In this document: piece by piece, positions 57,684 through 64,000 of the stretch | Layout: each line of letters opens with the position of its first letter | How positions within the stretch are numbered: the first letter of the stretch is position 1 | Assembly: GCA_037441385.1 (NCBI GenBank) | Contig: JBBISH010000007.1 | Coordinates: 1 to 64,000 of the forward strand | Direction: 5' to 3' | DNA from: Myxococcales bacterium | GTDB taxonomy: Bacteria > Myxococcota_A > UBA9042 | DNA: 64,000 nucleotides | The notes under the pieces: generated by a model | Seen by the model: only the letters and a program-made list of their open reading frames with translations | Told to the model about the DNA's origin: nothing | The model's database searches: none | Translations under genes and position numbers: made by a program

Positions 57684-59858
57684 ATGCCGTGGGCCGCGAT
57701 GCTGGGCAAGTCCAAGCAGATCCTGTTGGTTTGCGTGCTGGCCGTCGCCATGACTGGGCCGGCGTGGGCCGCGTCGCCTCCAATCGGTCCAGGCCGCGAA
57801 GCCGACGTGCTGCAGCTGTTGGCGCCCTATCGCGATGGCGCGGAGGTGCTGCCGGGCATCCGCCTGCAAGAGGTGGCGCTGCAGCCCACGTCGATCGAGT
57901 TGAAGCTGCAGGGCCCGCAAGACAGTACGGCGTCTCTGGTTTTTTCGACCAGCGACGGAGCCCGCTCGTTCGTGGAAACGCGCCGGCAGGCCAGTTCGCC
58001 CAGCCTGGAGCCGGCCCTGCAAGCTTTGGCCCAGGCGGTGGGCCAACACGACCACGGCACCTTCTTTGCCAACGCCGCGCCCCTGGCCACGTCCCACGCT
58101 CTGGGCGACCTGCCAGCACCAGGGGCAACCCCCGGTACGCCCACGCTGACCACGCCGCTGGATTGGGCCGCGCTGCTGGCGTGGCTGGTGCTGCTGGTGG
58201 CGATGGCGGCCAAGGCCCTGCGGCCTCCGCGCACCTGGACCACCGTGGTGATGGGCCTGTTGCTGTGGGTGGTAGCCGCGCAAGTGCGCCACGCGCTGCC
58301 GCTGACGCCGCTCCACGCCGACGACCACGCCTACCTGGAGCTGGGACTGGCGGCAGGGGCCGACCCGCACGGCGCGCGCCTGTCGCACCTGCTGCAATTC
58401 TACGGGCCGGCGTGGTTCCAGGCGCAACAATGGACCGCGGGCCTGTTCGGCGCCCACCACGACGGCGTGGGCCATTGGGCGGCTGCGGTGAGCGGCTTGT
58501 CCGTGGCGTTGGCGGCGGTGGCCGCGCGGCGTGCCTCTGGGCGCTGGCTGCCGGCCTTGTTGGCGGCGGCGGTGTGCATCTGGGCGCCCGTGGCCGCGCG
58601 GGTGGGCCACAGCGAAAGCGCCTTGGTGGTGGCCCAGTTCCTGATTGCTGCCGTGCTGTGGCTGGCCTCGCCGCCGTACCCTCCGCGCAGTGGCGCCTGG
58701 GATCTGGCTGGGGTGTCGGCCGGCCTGGCGCTGCTCTGCTGGGGGCACAGCCTGGGCCCGATCTACGCCGCGGGCGCTGGACTTTGTGCCTGGGCCTTGT
58801 CCGTGCGGCCGCGACCCACGACGACCGCCGGCCACCCCGACCCCGAGCACGCGCTGCCTGGGCCCGAATCCCGAGCAACCACGCTGGATTGGCTGCCAAG
58901 CCGCGGCTCCTTGCTGGCCGGCGCGGTAGGGGGAACGCTGGCCCTGGGTGCGGCATTGTGGCAATTCGTCAGTCACCGCGCCCTCTTGGGCGATCGCTTG
59001 GGTGCGACTGACTCGCTTCTGCCCGTGCCCGGCCGGTTCTGGGCCTACCTGCTGTGGTGGAACGGCGACTGGGCGCCCACCGCCTTCGCGACCGTGGTCG
59101 TAGGCTTTGGTTTCGCCGGGTTGTATGCCCAACGCCGCGTCCATGGCCGCGCCATCGGTGCACTGAGCGCGGGCGCCTATGCTTTGGGCACCTTGGCCAC
59201 CGCCGTAGCCGGCCTGCTGGTGGTGGCGTGCACGACAGACGCAGCCCGCTACCAAGCGCCCCTGGCGCCTACGCTACTGGTCGTGGCTGGCTTTGCACCG
59301 CGGTTTGCCGAGTTGTTCGCCGAATCGCGCCATTTGCCCGCCATCGGCGCGGCCACCTTGGCCCAGATGGCCGCGCTGGTGCAGGTGCTGATGGGCTTGC
59401 CGGCGCGGAGCAGCCTGGACGCCCAAGGCCAGTTCTACGCCGTGCTCCGCCACGAATTGGCCAGTGAACCGGGCGAACTCACCTTGGTCGTGCCCACGCG
59501 CAAACCCGGCGAACGGCGCCACGTAGTCGTGGACCTGCCCAGCGGTCGCTGGAGCCAGGCGGGCCCCACCAGCCAGACGATGTCGGCCCAGGAATTCTTG
59601 GGCCGCTGCAAGCAGCTAGGTGCCAAAGCCGCCGAGCACACCTGGGTCGCACTGTCGCCGGCCTGCGAAGCCGTCGATCTGCCTGGGCTGGCCAAGCCTT
59701 GCGCTGAACTCGAGGCCCTGCTGGCTCCCACGGGCCCGCTGCGCGCCGGCTTTGTGCGGCCGTGGGCGGGAGAGCCCGAGCGGGGGCTGGCCGGAGAATT
59801 CCATAAATTTCCGTCAGATTCCGTACCCTGGCGCTTGGGCCAAGCCCGCTGCCCCTAG
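57684..59858 (+). CDS. Polytopic membrane protein (possible GT-C-like glycosyltransferase)
   Basis: Signal peptide, more than 10 TM segments, HADD loop after the first TM, SES and ARY motifs. Confidence 0.55.
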   Translation: MPWAAMLGKSKQILLVCVLAVAMTGPAWAASPPIGPGREADVLQLLAPYRDGAEVLPGIRLQEVALQPTSIELKLQGPQDSTASLVFSTSDGARSFVETRRQASSPSLEPALQALAQAVGQHDHGTFFANAAPLATSHALGDLPAPGATPGTPTLTTPLDWAALLAWLVLLVAMAAKALRPPRTWTTVVMGLLLWVVAAQVRHALPLTPLHADDHAYLELGLAAGADPHGARLSHLLQFYGPAWFQAQQWTAGLFGAHHDGVGHWAAAVSGLSVALAAVAARRASGRWLPALLAAAVCIWAPVAARVGHSESALVVAQFLIAAVLWLASPPYPPRSGAWDLAGVSAGLALLCWGHSLGPIYAAGAGLCAWALSVRPRPTTTAGHPDPEHALPGPESRATTLDWLPSRGSLLAGAVGGTLALGAALWQFVSHRALLGDRLGATDSLLPVPGRFWAYLLWWNGDWAPTAFATVVVGFGFAGLYAQRRVHGRAIGALSAGAYALGTLATAVAGLLVVACTTDAARYQAPLAPTLLVVAGFAPRFAELFAESRHLPAIGAATLAQMAALVQVLMGLPARSSLDAQGQFYAVLRHELASEPGELTLVVPTRKPGERRHVVVDLPSGRWSQAGPTSQTMSAQEFLGRCKQLGAKAAEHTWVALSPACEAVDLPGLAKPCAELEALLAPTGPLRAGFVRPWAGEPERGLAGEFHKFPSDSVPWRLGQARCP

Positions 59859-60006
59859 CGAGCCGCCCCTGCCTATTGCGACGGGATGGCCCCCTCTTTT
59901 CTATCCACCCCGATCTGGTGCACAATCCGCGGCGGCGGCTGCCCTGGCTTTGTTGCCGCAGTGGGGAACGCGCCCCGAACTTCTCTACGCCGCGCGCAGG
60001 TAGTCT

Positions 60007-60258
60007 ATGAGCAACAAGCACAATATCGTCCGCGTCAGCAACTCGTTCACCCGCCAAGAGATTCGCATCCTGTGCGACATCATCATCCAGGCGACCTCGC
60101 AGGAATTCCGCGGCCGCAACCCGCTGCTGAAGTACGTGGAAAACCCCAACTTTCCGCAGCTGTACCGCAAGCTGACCAGCATGCAAGAGAAGGCCGATGC
60201 CCTGCACCAGTCGGCGCGGATGGGCGGCGGCGACGGCGGCGAGAAAGCCGAAAAGTAG
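60007..60258 (+). CDS. Small hypothetical protein (83 aa)
   Basis: Strong host-type codon bias; AGG upstream. Confidence 0.7.
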   Translation: MSNKHNIVRVSNSFTRQEIRILCDIIIQATSQEFRGRNPLLKYVENPNFPQLYRKLTSMQEKADALHQSARMGGGDGGEKAEK

Positions 60259-60263
60259 CCCGC

Positions 60264-62567
60264 CTACGGCAGGCCCGCCAGACCGCGACACTGCTGCTTC
60301 AGCGTCGCCAGGTCGCGCGCCGGCAGGGCACACACCCCAGCGCGGCAAACGTAGGCGCAGGGCTGCGCGGCCTCGGCCGGCCGATCGCGCACCAGCGGAG
60401 ACACAGCCAGCCAATCGCTGTAGTTTTCTCCACTTCGCAGTACTAGCGCCACGTCAAACTCGGCGATCGCACCCATAACCACAGAACGCCACTGCACTTC
60501 GTCTGCATGTGGCGTGGTTGGCAACACCAGCACGATACTGTGAGCCGCCCCATTGCGCGCTTCGACCACGCGCAACATCTCGGCGAAGGCCAAAGGAATT
60601 CGCCCAAGCTCGCGGCCGACCCGCCCCAGCAGCTGGTCGCAACGGGCCAACCAACTCGCATCGTCGGTCCAACGGTACAGGCGCAGCGCGTTGGCCGCCG
60701 CCACGGACTGCCCGGCCGGCTCGGCGCCGTCGTACTCGCTTTGCGGCCGCGCCAGCAGGCGCTCGCCGCCCAGGGGCGTCTGGAACCAGCCCCCCAGCGG
60801 GTCGCCAAAGCGTGCGTCCAGTTCGCGCTGCAGGTCCGCGGCGCGCCGCAACCAGCGGAGGTCGCTCGTCGCCTGCAGCAAGTCCAGCAAGCCCGCAACC
60901 AGAAAGGCGTAGTCATCCAAGAACGCCGCAGGACCGCGCCGCCCACCCAAGGCGCTGCGGTGCAGCACGCCTTGCTCGTCGACCAGATGCTGCAGCAGTC
61001 CCTGGGCAGCCTCCGCCGCCGCCCGGACATAGGGCTCCTCGCCCAGCCGCCAACCCGCCCGAGCCAAGGCCCCGATCGCCAAGCCATTCCAGCTGCACAG
61101 CAGCTTTTCGTCGCGAAGGGGCGGCTCGCGACGCTCGCGCGCGCTCCGCAGGGTGTCCAGCGCCTTCTCGATAGCAGGAGCCGGCGGAAATTCACCCGTT
61201 GCAACTGGATCGCAATGCAATAGATTGCGTCCTTCTGGGAACTCCCAGTGTTCGCCAAAGAAATTGCCATGTTCGTTGGCCCGGTACCGCTGCGCGAATT
61301 CGCCCACGTCGTCGCCCAGCAGGTCGCACAACTGGGCCCATGGCCAGGTGAAATACCACCCCTCGCGGCCCTCGCTGTCGGCGTCCGTGGCGGCATAGAA
61401 TGGCCCATCGGGGTGGCGCAGGTCGCGCAGCAGGTAGTCCAGGGTGCGCCGCACCGCGTACTCGCTCCACGCCTCCGGACTCGCGCGATAAAGATCCAAC
61501 AAAGACAGAACGATCAAGGCCTGATCGTAAAGCATCTTCTCAAAATGTGGCGCAAACCACCTAGAATCAGTACTGTACCTGTGCCATCCACCTGCGACGT
61601 GATCGTGGATGCCGCCTTGGGTCATGCGCAGCAGCGTCAGGCGACAAGCGTCGACCAGTTCGGCGCGGTCCCGGCGAGCCGCAACCGCCAGCAGCAAGCG
61701 AATCGGCAGGTGCGACGGGAACTTGGGGGCCCCGTGCCGGCCGCCCCATTGATGGTCCAGCTCGCGCAGCGCCTGGGCTACAGCGCGGTCGACCACGTCC
61801 AGGCCCGGGAGGCTGCCGGGTTCGTCTTGACGAGCCTGCAGTTGGGCGCGCACGGCCGCGGCAATCTCGCCACCCTGCGCCAATACCGCCGCTTGCTGCT
61901 CGGTCCACGCCGCATGCAAACCCAGCAGGATCTGGTCAAAACCTTGGCGGGCCCCGCGCACGCCCTGGCGCGGCGGAAAGTACGTCCCGCAAAAGAACGG
62001 CAGCCCGGTCACCCCTTCGGCGCCGGGCAGCAGCCACACGCTCATCGGCCAGCCACCGTGGCCGCTGGTGGCCTGCAGCGCGGCCATGTACACCGCGTCC
62101 ACATCGGGCCGCTCTTCGCGGTCGACTTTGACCGGCACGTACAACTCGTTGAGAATCGTGGCGATCTCTACGTCCTCGAAGGACTCGTGCTCCATCACGT
62201 GGCACCAATGACACGTCGAGTAGCCCACCGACAAGAAGATCGGCCGGCCCAGGGCGCGCGCCTCGTCAAACGCCTGGGGGCCCCACGGTCGCCAGTCCAC
62301 CGGGTTGAAGGCGTGCTGGGCCAGGTAGGGACTCGCTTCCAAAATCAAGCGGTTGCAGTAGTTGGGCCGCGCACCGGCCGGGGCGCAGGGCACGTGCTGC
62401 TCGCCGTGCTCGGCGCCATTCCAATGGCGGGTGCGCGGGGCAAAATCCACAGGCAAGGCCTGCCACTGCGCCTCGATAGCCGCCTGGATTTGGGCAGGCC
62501 GCAGCGGCGCGGCGGGACAGGGTTGCAGGGCGTGAGCGAGGTCGGGCGAGGTCTGGGGTTGGCTCAT
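60264..62567 (-). CDS. Thioredoxin domain-containing protein (YyaL/DUF255 family)
   Basis: [54 protein letters not shown]. Confidence 0.92.
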   Translation of the reverse strand: MSQPQTSPDLAHALQPCPAAPLRPAQIQAAIEAQWQALPVDFAPRTRHWNGAEHGEQHVPCAPAGARPNYCNRLILEASPYLAQHAFNPVDWRPWGPQAFDEARALGRPIFLSVGYSTCHWCHVMEHESFEDVEIATILNELYVPVKVDREERPDVDAVYMAALQATSGHGGWPMSVWLLPGAEGVTGLPFFCGTYFPPRQGVRGARQGFDQILLGLHAAWTEQQAAVLAQGGEIAAAVRAQLQARQDEPGSLPGLDVVDRAVAQALRELDHQWGGRHGAPKFPSHLPIRLLLAVAARRDRAELVDACRLTLLRMTQGGIHDHVAGGWHRYSTDSRWFAPHFEKMLYDQALIVLSLLDLYRASPEAWSEYAVRRTLDYLLRDLRHPDGPFYAATDADSEGREGWYFTWPWAQLCDLLGDDVGEFAQRYRANEHGNFFGEHWEFPEGRNLLHCDPVATGEFPPAPAIEKALDTLRSARERREPPLRDEKLLCSWNGLAIGALARAGWRLGEEPYVRAAAEAAQGLLQHLVDEQGVLHRSALGGRRGPAAFLDDYAFLVAGLLDLLQATSDLRWLRRAADLQRELDARFGDPLGGWFQTPLGGERLLARPQSEYDGAEPAGQSVAAANALRLYRWTDDASWLARCDQLLGRVGRELGRIPLAFAEMLRVVEARNGAAHSIVLVLPTTPHADEVQWRSVVMGAIAEFDVALVLRSGENYSDWLAVSPLVRDRPAEAAQPCAYVCRAGVCALPARDLATLKQQCRGLAGLP

Positions 62568-62700
62568 GGTGCCGGCACCTTCGGGCCGTCGCGGCCACGG
62601 ATCAAGGGGGGCATTTTCTACTCTATGAAAATAGGTCGGTTTCCGCCCTACCTTGCCCGGCGACGGTGAACGCGCTAGAAGGCGGGGCGTGGAGGCGAAA

Positions 62701-63777
62701 ATGACTCGTTCTGTCCTTGGTTGTGGCGGCCGCCGTTGGGTAGGCCTGACTTTTGTCGCACTCACCGCGCTGGCGAGCGCCACAGGCTGCGGCAAGGGCG
62801 AGAAAAAGGAGGCGCCCAACTACTTTGCGCCCGACCCCAAGCCGCCCAAGCTGGACCTGAGCGACGTCATTCCGGTGGAGTCGGCCGACGTGGCCGCGCC
62901 CGAGCCGGATTCATGGGCGGGCAAGGTCAAGGAACTTGTCGCCACGACGGAGGCCGACCTGCAGCGCTGCCGCAACGAGTTCTTGATTCCCTTCCAGTTC
63001 GCCGCCATGAAACGCCGCGACCTGCTCCTGTCGGGCACCATGGACGAGGTGTGCATGACCGGCAGCAAGGAGCTGAAGACCCGCGGTCCGCGCAAGCTCT
63101 TGGACCTGCTGGCCAAAGAGCACATCGGCAAGCACCCGGCGCTGGACCGCTTCATCGTGCTGGGCATGGAGCAAGTCGAGACGTACGCGGTGTTTTCGTA
63201 CATGACCAAGAAGATCGGCGCGCCCGACCTAGACAACGTCGTCGACATTGCCAAGAACGCTCAGCAGCGCATCCTGGAGCTGGCGCCACAGCTGGACAAA
63301 GCCGCTGCCGAGATCGCCAAGTGGGAGGACAAGCAACTGGCCGACGACGACCCAGCGGTGGCGGGCGCCGCCATCGACGCCGCAGCCTTCAAGCAACACC
63401 TCATCGACGGCTACGCCCCGGTGATCGCCGACCTGGCCACCGGCTACGAGCGCATGGCCGACAAGTCGTGGCAGGGCTACAACATGCCCAAGCTCGACAC
63501 CATCCAGGCCATGCAGGTCATCTTGGAAAAGCGCGTGCAGCAGGACCGCGCGCGGCTGGCCAAGGTCACGGCCGACGACAAGCAAAAGGCTGAATTCGAA
63601 GCCTTCTTTGCCGCGTGCGACGCCGCCGCCAAGCAAGTCGCCACCTGCTACGACTACTACAAGAAGAAGCCCAAGGACGAGCGCCCGGAACGCGATCCCA
63701 ACCTGAAGAAAGTCCAGGCGGCGCAAAAGGGGCTGGCCAAGTCGCTGGCGGGTTGGGGCTGGGCAGCGCCCAAGTAG
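62701..63777 (+). CDS. Hypothetical helical lipoprotein
   Basis: GGAGG RBS; lipobox ATGC; strong codon bias. Confidence 0.75.
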   Translation: MTRSVLGCGGRRWVGLTFVALTALASATGCGKGEKKEAPNYFAPDPKPPKLDLSDVIPVESADVAAPEPDSWAGKVKELVATTEADLQRCRNEFLIPFQFAAMKRRDLLLSGTMDEVCMTGSKELKTRGPRKLLDLLAKEHIGKHPALDRFIVLGMEQVETYAVFSYMTKKIGAPDLDNVVDIAKNAQQRILELAPQLDKAAAEIAKWEDKQLADDDPAVAGAAIDAAAFKQHLIDGYAPVIADLATGYERMADKSWQGYNMPKLDTIQAMQVILEKRVQQDRARLAKVTADDKQKAEFEAFFAACDAAAKQVATCYDYYKKKPKDERPERDPNLKKVQAAQKGLAKSLAGWGWAAPK

Positions 63778-63780
63778 ACG

Positions 63781-64000
63781 ATGGCCATCGCGCGGCTGGG
63801 CGAGACCATCGCCTTTCCTGATCCCGAGTCGGCCCACCCCAGCGGCGCCGTGGCCTTTGGCGGCGACCTGAGCGTGGAGCGACTCCTGGTCGCCTATAGC
63901 ATGGGCATCTTTCCGTGGCCCAGCGGTCCCCGGCAGTTGTGGTGGCACGCGCCGGCCGAGCGGTTCGTGGTCGCACCGGGGCAGGTCCACATCAACCGCA
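63781..64000 (+). CDS. aat: Leucyl/phenylalanyl-tRNA-protein transferase, 5' part
   Basis: Manual translation: FPDPESA...AFGGDLSVERLLVAYSMGIFPW...WW. Confidence 0.88.
   Translation, partial: MAIARLGETIAFPDPESAHPSGAVAFGGDLSVERLLVAYSMGIFPWPSGPRQLWWHAPAERFVVAPGQVHINR

Overview
High-GC bacterial window, most likely Myxococcota, judged from a MYXO-CTERM-like sorting tail, CDDGNPCT Cys-rich repeats, a Hanks-type kinase and many lipoproteins. Left to right: (1) a maltose-type sugar ABC transporter, TonB and a surface amidase, with a divergent lipoprotein GH1; (2) a kinase, methyltransferase and TrxC, then a glycosyltransferase-aminotransferase-nucleotidyltransferase-cysteine desulfurase operon; (3) a ~11 kb defence-like island (19.4-30.3 kb) with a 16-bp tandem array fused to a REPIN-like element, an MmeI-like Type IIL R-M enzyme, a coupled ABC/AAA ATPase + PIN pair, a PD-(D/E)XK nuclease, NYN-LOTUS and a HEPN-MNT toxin-antitoxin pair; (4) an anaerobic benzoyl-CoA pathway cluster (had-oah-dch-tetR-bcrCBAD-gcdH) with an operator-like palindrome and a divergent menB; (5) accessory hypothetical genes; (6) a cobalamin-like uptake operon with a fused permease-ATPase; (7) lipoproteins, a YyaL-like protein and a partial aat. 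Several dispersed non-coding repeat families are visible. No CRISPR array, rRNA, tRNA, transposase or integrase was recognised. All protein calls come from motifs read by eye, and no database search was run. Best candidates for novelty are the ATPase-PIN module in the defence island, class I benzoyl-CoA reductase in a probable myxobacterium, and the repeat elements.
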